A stretch of DNA of 64,000 bases from Balanoglossus misakiensis (lineage: Eukaryota; Animalia; Hemichordata): NCBI GenBank assembly GCA_040954595.2, contig CM082580.2, forward strand, positions 5,384,783-5,448,782, in the 5' to 3' direction. Positions 37,272 to 49,979 of the stretch are shown here, in pieces. The notes under the pieces were generated by a model. It ran no database searches. It was not told the origin of the DNA and saw nothing but the letters and a program-made list of their open reading frames with translations. Position 1 is the first letter of the stretch, and every line of letters starts with the position of its first letter. A program made the position numbers and the translations under genes.

Positions 37272-39146
37272 TTAATCTCTGAGTGGTTTCTCACAGACGA
37301 AGCCAAAATGCTGTGTGCATTCGTGGTCGTTCCATTTGCCATCGGCATCACTCCATATATGAGCACAATGCTCATTGCCATTAACATTGTTCGGTTCGCC
37401 AGTGTTCCAGTTGGTGTATGGCAGCTGTGTTAAAGTTCAGCGAATTGGGGGGGGGGGGGGGGAGAAAGACAACAGGAGTTATTGGCAGAGAATAAACCAC
37501 TTTGTTGTAGTATCTTTTTAGAACCTCAAAATATCCATACGTATTCAACTGTTCTTTTCAACTGTCAACGTCATCATGATTGATAGCATCCACCCCATGA
37601 CGTGTAGGACGCAGGTCTTATTTGTGTTGAAGCCCCACGGGCCACTTTTGCATTATTTACATGCATGATTTCACTTTCAAACGTACATTGGTCCATTTTC
37701 TCAATTACTGATGGGCATACACAAACAAATTCTGAACCTCTGATTAAGACTGTACGTTGACAATGTACGTTTAAAAGTAAAATGATGAACGTGTGCCGCA
37801 TCCATTTGTTCATCCTCCTGGCACACATGCTATACAATCGTCAAACTTTCAAAATGGCGGCTCCCGTACGCGTTGGTTGATGATAAAGAGGTGATTGAAA
37901 TATGTCATACTAAATGTTTCTGATACTCATTGGGGTGTAAATTCAAGCAACTTACCGGGGAGCCATCTGGCGTTACATATACCCCTTCATTATCCCTGTC
38001 TTGTGCGCCGATCCAGATGTTAAATGCTTTCTGTGTGTAGCCTGAGGTATAAAGTAAGTGAAAGATGTTACATTTCACTGAAGGCCACTTAACCCCTCCT
38101 TGCCGCTGTATTTCAACAATTATAAGTAAATAGCAATTTACTGTATTTCTGAAAAATTAACGCGTACTGCATATGCAGGAAATCTGGGAAAACAACTGAC
38201 GAACTCCGTTTTGTTTTGTTTTGTACTTCCAAAGTTGTAATCCCTTTTTAACGTATTATGTGTACGTTACATTTTAGTATTTATATTCCGTCTGTAAATC
38301 TCACCTCTCAAAAACAAGTTCTCCAGCTCGTCGTCAACCACAACGAGTGTGCTGCGCGCTCCTTCACAAATGCTCTGCGCTTCGTCAAATGTGAACAGAT
38401 GCGGCAACCATCCAAAATAGCAACTTCTGCGGAATTGTATCCACCCACGAGGGCATACTGCGGAGACAAATCAAAGAATGGCTTCACCGGATGCAGTGCG
38501 CATGGGTGCGTAATGAGGCTTACTGACGCTAAGGTACCACGTGATCTCAGGTGAATGGTGCCTTAGTATTTATCAGCAATATAGTACAAGAGTGTATACA
38601 TACATACATACATACATACATACATACATACATACATACATACATACATACATACATACATACATACATACATACATACATACATACATACATACATACA
38701 TACATACATACATACATACATACATACATACATACATACATACATACCGTACATACATACATACATACATACATACCGTGCATACATACATACATACATA
38801 CATACATACATACATACATACATACATACATACATAAATACATAAATACATACATACATACATACATACATACATACATACATACATACATACATACATA
38901 CATACATACATACATACATACATACATACATACATACATACATACATACATACATACATACATACATACATACATACATACATACATACATACATACATA
39001 CATACATACATACATACATACATACATACATACATACATACATACATACATACATAATGATACACATATACACGATTTAAAAAAAAGAATTTACCTGCCA
39101 CAGTAGTTGTAACTAACACGGACAAAAGTAAAGCTACTTTCAGCAT
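37272..39146 (-). CDS. Secreted single-domain C-type lectin (~147 aa; perlucin/echinoidin-like, EPN + WND motifs)
   Basis: Exons 39146-39095 (signal peptide MLKVALLLSVLVTTTVA), 38457-38305 (CPRGWIQFRRSCY..FDEAQSIC), 38041-37956 (IWIGAQD..EG), 37424-37272 (YTNWNTGEPNN..EHC..WND.EC..FVCEK..*). A 5'UTR exon ends at 39449 and a 3'UTR intron lies at 37245-37077. Confidence 0.92.
38596..39056. repeat. (TACA)n microsatellite, ~460 bp, in an intron of the lectin gene
   Basis: Long TACA run with few interruptions. Confidence 0.97.
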
Positions 39147-39523
39147 CTTGCTAGTCTGGTGTGTTTTATTGGCTGAAAATAGAGGACACTACACTGAAAA
39201 AAGTCCCAATGAATCAACTTAAAATGAAATCTTCTGAGTCAAATTTTGTGTAGGTCGGCGTTAAGGTACTAGACACGATAACGTTGATGAGTACTGAATA
39301 CTTGGAGTAACGTTCACATGGGATCATTCGCAAATAGTAATGGTGTAACGCTTGACAAAGTTGACAGGGTGCAATTTCATGATCAATTTCCAAGCTCTGT
39401 CCCTGAAATTAAAACACACAAACATGTTTGAAACGATAAAATACTTACCAAGTTTGTGAGGAAAATCCGCTTCCAATCTGCCAAATCGAGATTCAAGTTA
39501 ACCCGAAGCATGCATGCAGCATG

Positions 39524-39530
39524 TTATATA
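39524..39530 (-). promoter_or_regulatory. Putative TATA box of the C-type lectin gene
   Basis: TATATAA on the - strand, ~75 nt upstream of the first splice donor (39448), which fits a short non-coding first exon. Confidence 0.5.
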
Positions 39531-40635
39531 GTGTTCGGATTGCTAATAAAATCACATTTCGACAAAGATGATGGTACATGACATTTCCACGGCAGAATCG
39601 CTCCACTGCAAAAGGTCATATTTTGATGTTTACCAAAAGTGTTTGTCTAGTACACGCCTAAATATCATCCCACATTTGTTCTCCAATGAAATGTTCACTA
39701 AGGCTAGAGAAAACACAGCACAGTATCAGACTGAATACTCTGCTTCGTATCCTGGCAATTATCGTGGCCTAACCTCATTGGTTCACTTGAAAATTGTAGT
39801 TTTAACTACTCGATCAGCAAAACCAAGCCAGCTGTCCCATTACATTTCCACACATACGCATACTAATTTTTGGTCGTTTACCTTGAATGCCAGGCCACGA
39901 TTTTATATGCGTTCATTGTGTGTGCATAGTTGAAGTATGTGTTGTAGTATTTGGTCCTGTAGTGTGCTTCTGAGAGCAAGATGACAATGTGTTAAAGTTA
40001 TGGGAAATGGCAAATATGTGGGGCTGTTGAATCTACTCACGTACCCATGCCTGAGCGTTTGCGATAAGTATCAAAAATCTGTCCCATCCAGGAGCCCTGA
40101 ACCAACTGACAACAGATTTCACATTTGTGTATAGCACGACGTTGTTTTCAATGGTTGGACTTTGTTCGGTCTTAAGGTTTAGACAGGTTTTACTGTACTT
40201 GCAATAAATATACGGTACGGTATACATGTACACGTAAATGAAGAGATGTGATCATTCTTGCATGATTGAAAGTTGACAAAAATGCAAAATGTTTTCGGCA
40301 TGAATGGGTTCACGACATGACCACGCAAAAGGCGCATGTGTTTATCCAACTGTTGACTTTTCCGATCCGATAGCCTGTCAAATGAAATGTCACAACCTTT
40401 ACGAAGTCTCAAAATGGGTTTCCTGGATGTTTGCTCATGTCCACCCACTTTTCATCGATGCATGTCATGATGTACTACTTTGCGACGCGCTATTGGGATA
40501 ACACCATCGTTCGATAGTGTGTGTATACATGTACTTGCGATGATACTATTGTTACACTGTTTTCTCAAAATTATACCTGTAAAGGCTAAGAAATGTGATA
40601 ACCACGCACTGCATCTTAATTGGTAGTCATCTACC

Positions 40636-41099
40636 TTAAGGATGTGCGCGCAGAACATAAACCGGAAACACTGCGCGCACCCGTCTTTTCCCCATAGGAT
40701 TACATTGATAATCGCTAGAAAACAAACTTCTACTATTGTCATTTTCACGAAATTTTACACAAAGCTCAGTCCAGTAAATATAAATTCATTGGTCAAATAA
40801 AATATAGGGGTCACCGCTCAGTCCAGTAAATATAAATTCATTGGTCAAATAAAATATAGGGGTCTCTATTTAGAGATAAATTGCGTTAAAAATTTTGCCC
40901 ATAGACAAACCATTGGTGAAAAATGTCAGCAGATGTCTTCTATTACCGACTAAATTCATGGCTTTGTATTTCAAAAACAAGCGCGGTGACCCCTCTATTT
41001 TATTACGGATTTTCATTATACATACAAAGGAGAATCCAAAAATCCACAATTGAAAAAAAAATGACAATACTTTCAATTTTACCGAACGTACATCCTTAA
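40636..41099. mobile_element. ~460-bp non-autonomous DNA transposon with TTAA flanks (Kolobok-like)
   Basis: TTAAGGATGTGCG ... CGTACATCCTTAA inverted termini. Contains an internal ~50-bp direct duplication (GCTCAGTCCAGTAAATATAAATTCATTGGTCAAATAAAATATAGGGGTC at ~40764 and ~40816). Confidence 0.6.
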
Positions 41100-41102
41100 G
41101 AG

Positions 41103-42701
41103 GATCTGGTTACGTGAAAGCTGCTTGCTGATTAAAATATTTATCTTGCATCGTACAAAATAATATCAGACCCCCCTCCCCTGTTTCGTCAGTATACACA
41201 TTCTCATCGACAACCGTGCATTCGTTGATGCGCAAATGCCTTCTGTTGATTTTGTTCGCCTCTTTACTCAACAGTATATAGCCCTGATACAGATTTGGAC
41301 ACGCCCTACCGCCAACTATACTTTAACAACATTTGATCTGTCAGGATAAAAACACACCTGAAATTTGAGAGCATGGTGTGGTCTGTTGTTAAATGTTAGG
41401 AAAACATGTATGAAATTTGCAAACAATGGGATAGGGCAGGTTTCGACTTAAAAATAACAACCAACGCATGTTGTTTGAAACAATCCAATCCGGATATGCA
41501 AATTGTGTGTACCTTGGTACCGGCAACGAAATGATGTTGTCAGAAATGCCTACGTGAAGGGTAAAAAGAGGGGCGATGGAGAATAGACAAGTTGCTCACT
41601 TCAATCTCTTTTCAACACCAGTGATCTGGTTACGCGAAAGCTGCTTGCTGATTAAAATATTTAGCTTGCATCGTACAAAATAATATCAGACCCCCTCCCC
41701 TGTTTCGTCAGTATACACAATCTCATCGTCAACCGTGCATTCGTTGATGCGCAAATGCCTTCTGTTGATTTTGTTCGCTTCTTTACTCAGCAGTATATAG
41801 CCCTGATACAGATTTGGACACGCCCTACCGCCAACTATACTTTAACAACATTTGTCAGGAAAAAAAACACCTGAAATTTGAGAGCGTGGTCTGTTTAGTC
41901 ATGATTTTTGAGTGATGGTCATTCATCAATTGTTAAATGTTAAGAAAACATGTATGAAATTTGCAAACAATAGGAGAGGGCAGGTTTCGACTTAAAAATA
42001 ACAACGCATGTTGTTTGAAACAATCCAATCCGGATATGCAAATTGTGTGTACCTTGGTACCGGCAACGAAATGATGTTGTCAGAAATGCCTACGTGAAGG
42101 GTAAAAAGAGGGGCGATGGAGAATAGACAAGTTGCTCACTTCAATCTCTTTTCAACACCAGTGATCTGGTTACGCGAAAGCTGCTTGCTGATTAAAATAT
42201 TTAGCTTGCATCGTACAAAATAATATCAGACCCCCTCCCCTGTTTCGTCAGTATACACAATCTCATCGTCAACCGTGCATTCGTTGATGCGCAAATGCCT
42301 TCTGTTGATTTTGTTCGCTTCTTTACTCAGCAGTATATAGCCCTGATACAGATTTGGACACGCCCTACCGCCAACTATACTTTAACAACATTTGTCAGGA
42401 AAAAAAACACCTGAAATTTGAGAGCGTGGTCTGTTTAGTCATGATTTTTGAGTGATGGTCATTCATCAATTGTTAAATGTTAAGAAAACATGTATGAAAT
42501 TTGCAAACAATAGGAGAGGGCAGGTTTCGACTTAAAAATAACAACGCATGTTGTTTGAAACAATCCAATCCGGATATGCAAATTGTGTGTACCTTGGTAC
42601 CGGCAACGAAATGATGTTGTCAGAAATGCCTACGTGAAGGGTAAAAAGAGGGGCGATGGAGAATAGACAAGTTGCTCACTTCAATCTCTTTTCAACACCA
42701 G
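41103..42701. repeat. Tandem triplication of a 520-540 bp unit
   Basis: Units start GATCTGGTTACG at 41103, 41623 and 42163. Copies 2 and 3 appear identical (period 540). Copy 1 is ~20 bp shorter and has substitutions. Confidence 0.95.
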
Positions 42702-42819
42702 GGTTTATTCGAATTACAATAGAAAGAGACCTCCCCCAAAGTTCGTCAAATCATGTAGATAATATTATCAGACGTCCGTGTATACAGCTGTTTACAAACG
42801 CGGCTTCATCTTCTGATAG

Positions 42820-44106
42820 CTACCACTCCATGGTGACAACTTCTTCGGGTTCTTTCGCCGTTGTTCCGGCATTGCCGCTCTTCGATTCCGCCGCATCCGT
42901 GTGTTCCGTGCGTCGACATTGTCTTAAAGAGAGAAGAAAGGTATAAAGGTATACAATCACCTACGCTTCTTTGTGATAGTGTTCCACTCACTGCAGTAAA
43001 ATTTACGGCATATTTCCAACAGCAAATATTACTTTAAGTAATGGCCGAATCAATAAATGTTTGTTTGCTTACTCGCAACAGCAGGAACAGAAACAAATTG
43101 AATCCAAAAGCAGGTCCAGCCAGTATTTCATTCTGTTCTTGGCCGTCCCGATGAACTTGAAGGTGTCCGCCCGGCAGTACCAGATAACGAAGACCAAGAA
43201 TATAGCCCCGGCGCAGCTGATGCCAACGATGATGCCGACCGTCTTGAACTGTTCCTTCCTATGTGAAATAAAGCACGATATCGCCCGCCCTAGACTAGCT
43301 TACTAGTCGCTTGGTGATTTTTAAACCTCCCATTCTTTTTGCGTTTTCGGTGGTTTGTCTTAATTAATAAATAATTTCAATACTTTTTGCGTACATGCTT
43401 GCCTTGAGCGTGTTTTTGGTAGTGAGGTGAGTTTCGAATTCGGGACTGAGCTTGTGGTTTCGGGTAGCGTCGACCATGGGCCTACGCGTTCCCTACACAT
43501 ATTGAAGCCCATAGACTTGGAGCAAGTCTACCCCGCCCCAGTAAGACAGAATTATTATCTGACGATCATTTTTTGTCTTTTTGAAAAGAAGAAGTAAATT
43601 ATTACCATACTCACTTCTCCTCGTCTCTCGCGTCGTCACCCTGGCAACAATTGTGGTAATTGCCGTCGGCGTTCGGTCGGTCGTCGTAGCAACAGCTGGT
43701 GTAAGGATTAGGGTTGCCGTCGGCGTCTTCCTCCGGGCACCAGTAGCTATTGCCCGCCTTGGTCGCCGGGAAGGCCGGGTCAATCGCACATCTGGTGTCC
43801 GCTGCGTCGATGACCACTGCAAATCGGATACTGACTTAGACCCAATCCTACATTTCAAAATACGCTACGTCTGAACATATCCAGACCGATAAATTTTGGT
43901 TATTTTTGAACTAACCTTGCTTCTTATGGAAGCTTTGAATGGAAAGGAATCTGTTTTCCCTCAACATGAGAGAAGAAGTTACTGATTTTTATATAAAAAA
44001 ATAACACGATTTCCTGCTTACCTGCAGAAAATGTCAGAAACGAGAGGAACATTGATATAATAGTTCCACATTTGTATAAAATACGAAGCTTCGGTGTAGG
44101 TGACAT
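42820..44106 (-). CDS. Small single-pass membrane protein with a six-cysteine ectodomain (Shisa-like/STMC6-type), paralog B (~191 aa)
   Basis: Exons 44106-44022 (signal peptide ..IISMFLSFLTFSA), 43816-43615 (RCAIDP..NSYWCPE..TSCCYDDR..YHNCC), 43258-43073 (TM VGIIVGISCAGAIFLVFVIW, YCRADTFKF..ICFCSCCC), 42922-42820 (QCRR...MEW*). AATAAA on the - strand at 42704-42709. Confidence 0.83.
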
Positions 44107-44757
44107 TTTGGAATTGTTTGGTGGCGACTGCTGAAAATAATTTAAAATAAAAATATATTAGGCCTATGTCTTATCGATTAAAGAACAAACATACTGACTT
44201 GCTTGCTTGCTTAGTTTAGCCCTTTCTTGGACTGTTTTGTAAGCGTATGGCGCTTTCAGTTATTACGAGAGGGTGGGCCGGGGCAAATGGGGGGGGGGGA
44301 GGTCACACTTTAAAGGGTGGACCTCGCCAAATTCCCACGACCCACCCACCCCTCATAATAACTGAAAGCTGCCTTATTGCTCGCAACTAATCACAGCTAG
44401 CTTATTGGCCAATCTGTTCTTTTGCAAGAGCAATAATTTTGCACTTTGAATTCGGGTTCGTGGTTTAAATGGCCAAATATTGATATCGAGTCAATAAGTC
44501 ACAAATAAAGTAATGTGTTATCGATTGCGATTGACGCATTTGTATTCTCCAGAAAGTTCGGAAGTACAGTCGTGGGAATGTACAGGTGTTTGAATGAGGG
44601 CGCTGCTGTATTTCCACTGCAACAAAGAAATCACGAACAATCAAACTCGTGGTAAACAAGCAAGATGGCTGCCCCGTCTTCTGCTGTAATCACCGACGTG
44701 ATGAACAGTCCTCAAATTCGCCTGTTTTCAATTATGTCGCGTTTATGATCGGACATT

Positions 44758-47700
44758 ATGCCATTAAGAATCCTAAGGCGACTTGGTACGTGCCGCAACC
44801 TCCACGGCAGAGCCCAGGTCATCGGGATATGCGATGTAAACAAGACACCGAGAACGGGCCACGTGCGACGGCGAACCGACGACCGATGCCATCGGATATC
44901 TTACCGTCGATCTTATACTCAGGTAATCGGGTCATCCATTCGTGAACACAAACAAGCGTTACCGAGAATTGATCTCACCAGAAATATTTCTATTGGCAAT
45001 TCTCTGTTTAAAAGAAAGCAGCCTCGGGATGAGGGCGAATCACATGACGACAGGGAGGGAGATTTGGACGTTGAATTTTTGAGCGAGGATTACATCGAGG
45101 ACGACGAACTCAGATACCATTACGAGACGCACCATGTTCCCCCGGTCGGTGGGCATCGCGTCTTTGTCATCCAGCCCGACGTGAAGTGGGGGCCGAAGAA
45201 GCCGAAGTTCACCACAGGCGCGCTGCAGCTACAAGAAGCGGCCACGTTGATTAAAACACTGCAAAACTGGGCGGTTGTCGACTCTGTGACAGTATCCCTG
45301 AAGAAACCTGACCGGCGGTTCGTGTTCGGGAAGGGGAACTTCGCCTCTCTGACGGAGCAGATCAGGTCGATGCCGGACGTGACCGCGGTGTTTATGAGCG
45401 TTGAAATGTTGACGGGTCTGCAGCACAAAATGTTAGAAGAGGCATGGGGCGTGCAAGTTTACGACAGATACACCGTGGTGCTGAACATTTTCAAAGAGCA
45501 CGCGGTCACCAAAGAAGCCAAGCTTCAGATTGCTCTGGCCGAAATCCCATATCTCAGGTTTGAACCAAAAACCATTTTGTGGCCCCCTGTGTGTTCTTCG
45601 AGAGCGCCCTGTATCTTCCACCGTCAGACAGCTCGCTATCTAAGGCCAACCTTGTTTTCTCGAGGAAAAAGTTGTGCCATGCATTGATCATTCTTTCATT
45701 CATATTAACAATAATACAACCGGTAGTACCACTGTCATTGTGTGCGAATGTCCGACACTAATGCATTATTTCGAAAGCAGACATTCTAATTTCACCTAAA
45801 TATTATAATATCTTGTCATTTTAATATCGACAGGTCTCGTCTGAAGGGAATGGTGGCAGATATGGACCAGCAGAGTGGGGCCCAGCAGTACATCGGAGGG
45901 AGTGGGGAGACACTGATGGAACGGCAGAAGAGGATGCTCTCTGAGAGGGAGATGAAGATTCAGAAGCGATTATCAAAACTGAAGAAACGGAGAGAGCTGC
46001 TGAGGTCGGCTCGGAAGGAAAGGCAATTCCCAACAGTGTCTGTTGTCGGTTACACAAATTCAGGTTCGATGTTTGATTTAACCATCTCCACCTGCCAATT
46101 TTTGGTTCAACCCCACTGCTTATAGTGGTACAGTCAAACCTGCCAATAGTGGCCAGTTATAAGGGGCTTCCCTAAACGGTCCTTTATAGACAGGTGGCCT
46201 TTATTATAGACAGGGACTGTAACAAAGTGGCCACTAACACAGGTCTGATTGTAGCTGGTTCTATATACTTGAAATAGTGAAGGGTGGGGATGGAAAAATA
46301 AAAAGACCATTATCATTTATGGTCAATCCATAGTCTCTCTTATCCACACGTGTTGCTTCTTGTAAACTGATTTCTCCTCAAAGCACCTGCCAGCATTCAC
46401 AGTCAAATACACTACAACAAATCTCACATAACCACATACCGTTGTTTCACTGGTCTATTCGCAATATCATTATTTTTTTTTCAATCGTCAGGTAAAACAA
46501 CTTTGATCAAAGCACTGACCGGCGATGCAGACATGAAGCCGGAAGATAAACTGTTTGCGACCTTGGACGTGACCTCTCATGCTGGCCAGCTGCCGAGTCA
46601 CATGACTGTCATCTATGTGGACACTGTGGGTTTCATCTCGGTGCTTCCGCATAGTTTAATTGACGCCTTCTCGGCTACACTGGAGGATGTCCTTCTGTCG
46701 GTATGTGCCATGCACGTCTTCCTGCAATTCCAAATCAGAAGAACAAACTGTGCTAACATTTGAGCCATGCTCTGTCTGATTTCATTACAGTGAAACCTGT
46801 CTATTGAGGACACCCCTGGGACCTGAAAATCTGTCCTTAATAGAGAGGTGGTAATATTCTATTCAAACTGTGACTTTTGTCTTGAAAAATCTGTCCTTTA
46901 TAGAGGTGTCCTGATTAGAAAGGTGTCCATAATGAAAGTTTCACTGTATTTACTGTGTTTTTGTTGTTGTTTTTTTGTTATGTTTTTTTTTTTTTTTGGG
47001 GGGGGGGGGGGAGGGGGGAAATTCCACGTCCACCCTAGTTGGCTTAATTTACTCTTGTGACCCACACCTGTACGACAACACTGATACTCTTTGGACGTGC
47101 TGAATCATGAATTACAATGTACATTATATCCTGATAAAAAATGTACGTCTATAAATTATGACCAGAATCCTAAAGCATGAAGATCTCATCATCAAAACTT
47201 GTGCACATGATTTCTATCCATGACTGGTTTTCCTTTTTCTCCAGGATCTAATTATTCATATCAGTGACGCCAGTCACCCTGACTTCAAAGCGCAGAGAAG
47301 TAACGTCCACCGAGTTCTCAGTGACTTGGGATTGCCTGGGAATTTGAAAGAGAACATGATAGAAGTGTGCAATAAAATTGATCTGTTAGAAAGGTAAGAG
47401 ATTATCTTTCAGTGCAATTATGACACTTCAGGACTGTCCAGTAAATTGGTAGAGAAGAGTGGACAGTTCATCAGTGGTATTTACTGGTACTTGTCAAACA
47501 CTATAGAAGGCAGTGTTTACCTTTTACAAACTTTAATGTGTTGTAATTCAGACAAAATTACAACTTTCCTCAGATTTTGTTGACAGATGTCACACTTGAG
47601 CTGTGCACCCTCTAACAAATGGACTTCAGACTGTTTTTATACAAACCGATTATTAAGTAATCTCTGTAATTTTAACATTTTCAAAAAGTATTCTGGTCAA

Positions 47701-48569
47701 AGATCACCATTTTCTGGTACATTTGTCCATTGAGAAGTGGATATCGGGTAACTGTTATCTAGCAATATAGACTGCAACATCTGTGATCTGGTAATTCTTG
47801 CTTTCATTCATCCAGGCCTGTTTCTGATATTGGGGACGATTGCATCATGATGTCTGCGTTGAGCGGAAGTGGATTGCACCAACTGAAGGAAGAGATTGAG
47901 GAGAAGCTGCTGACGGTGACAGACACCGTCTTGAAGACGGTCAGGGTACCCATGAATGGGCCGCATCTCAGGTGAGACTCTGGGAAGCGTTTCTTGAAAC
48001 TGGGTTTAATCTGTGGAAATTGCATTGTGGTTAATCAGTTATACTCTCACCATGTCCGATTGAACCAGTGTGCTTTTAATATTTTGGAACATTCTTAACA
48101 GGGGTGAAAGGTGGCATGAGGATATCCATAACGCAAGAAAAAATGGCCATTTTAGTAAAAATCTGTAAATCATTGGGACTAACTCAACCTCCTCCAACAT
48201 AAATTATATCATATGGCTGCACATAGCCAAAAGTGTGCTAATCTATTTTGAGGATACACTTGATCAGTAGAAACACACAGATGAACAATATGACAAAAAA
48301 TGCAGGCGAGGGGAGTGAAACAATCACAGCTGTACGTACTGAAGTAGTGCGTACAATACAAATATTTAGGGACAGGGGGGGGGGGGCGGACATTGTCATC
48401 AACCACTCAGTGTTGCATTCTCTGTCACATTCACAGCTGGTTATACAAGGAAGCAACGGTGCGGAGTTCAAAGGTCACCGGGGACGAGGAACACTTGCTG
48501 GTGGACGTCTTGATGAGTGGAAGCACCTACGGAAAGTTCAAATCACGATTTGGAGATCTTGCGGCGTGA
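44758..48569 (+). CDS. GTPBP6: Putative GTP-binding protein 6 (mitochondrial HflX-family GTPase, ~558 aa)
   Basis: Exons 44758-45557, 45834-46063, 46492-46700, 47245-47393, 47816-47971, 48437-48569. HflX motifs FGKGN, VYDRYTVVLNIFKEHAVTKEAKLQIALAE, GSGET, G1 VGYTNSGKTTL, LFATLD, G3 DTVGF, G4 NKID, G5 SAL. Arg-rich N-terminus resembles a mitochondrial presequence. Confidence 0.93.
46129..46253. mobile_element. Tc1/mariner(pogo)-type MITE in a GTPBP6 intron
   Basis: TA-CAGTCAAACCTG ... CAGGTCTGATTG-TA: inverted termini with TA flanks. Confidence 0.65.
46786..46948. mobile_element. Tc1/mariner(pogo)-type MITE in a GTPBP6 intron
   Basis: TA-CAGTGAAACCT ... AAGTTTCACTG-TA. Confidence 0.65.
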
Positions 48570-49979
48570 ACAGCACTTTGAGTTCCTGGACGTGTGAAAT
48601 GTTTCAGAATGTTATCAAATCTGTACAGAGTAGAGCAACTTGATTCTGCGTTCCATGTGCTTGGGCTATTCCAGGACAGGTTTGTTTCGTAGCAGAATCA
48701 GGAAGCGAGATTCATGATGGGGGTGATCACATCCAGATATTTAAAGATGCATATGTGTACATGCCCGAACTATTAAACCACAAAGAGAAAGTAAAGCCCA
48801 GCAAAATGGTGTTGTGCTGGGTCTTTTAGTTGATACATGTTTCGACTAAAATAAACAAAACGTTTACTTGCAGTTGATAATTATGTAGTCTTTTTTTAAA
48901 TTCAGTAATTTTGAAATTTGGCCTTGTGATGTTTTACTATCTGGTCATTGACATGGTCTGATTCTAGACAAAAAAGTCAAATGTGATGTTGAAAGAAAAT
49001 GTGCACGTGGCAGTGTTGTCGATCATGTGTGTGACTGTCAGTGTTTATTCGGTGCAATAAAATTAATAACACCTGATGGCGATTGCAATTTCGTCACAAT
49101 TTGTTGCCTGCCTCGGGGATGGTATGGATAATGATAATACTGATAATACCCCAGCCAAAGGATTTTGTCGTTTAGTTATGGAATATGTAGACGCAAACGT
49201 TGTGAAGGCAAAGATATGTCTCTGCCTGTCCACATCACCCACTCAGTTGCCAGGGCTTCTATAGGCTTTGCACCAGTAAATCATATTTGTAAGTGACTTA
49301 AATTTCTCATTGTTATACTTTTTCCCCTGTGACTGAGTACACTCAAATAAATGTGTGAACAATAATTTTTTCATGTTTGTACATGTGGTAAAGACTTGTT
49401 GACTTCCTTCGCCCAAGGTGTTGTTTTAGAGTTAAATGGTGAATTTCGTATTAGTTGATCCAGCCTGCAATCTATGCCAACAGTACGGATGTAGTCGCCT
49501 TTGATGATGAAAAAAAGTTGCATATTACTAGAATCCGGCCGGAACTACTAACCGCCTCGTCATACGCAGACTTTGTGTACCCCTATCAATCAGTTTCTCT
49601 ATACAAGCTACAGTGTGAAGGCAAAGAGGTTTCGAACCTACTAGATACATGCACATCAATTATATCCCACCAATACAGTCCCCGTCTTTGCAACCATCCT
49701 GGTCACTTAAAATGCTGGTTCTGGTACAACGCTGTAAACTCTGCTCTGCCAAAAGGTAAAAAAAACAAGATGCTATTAATGATGGGATTTTTGACGAAAG
49801 CTAACTTGTAACATTGTGCTTGACGCAACCAACCAATCACGCTCAGCAACATTTTAATTTCAACCAATCACCCTCGGCCACATACCCGTCATTATTGTTC
49901 AGTACAGCCATATTAAGGCCTGTGCACAAACCGAGGTATTTCAGATTCTTGGTTTGAGAACGACAGGCAAGAGAAAATC

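Noticed and set aside
35361-43816. EF-hand-like DxDxDG calcium loops in the Shisa-like ectodomains
   Set aside because: Only partial matches (RADADG, EEDADG, RPNADG). The first Asp of the motif is missing.
45558-45687. C-terminal part of the 309-aa ORF (FEPKTILWPP...)
   Set aside because: Read-through into intron 1 of GTPBP6. HflX homology continues only after splicing at 45557 to 45834.
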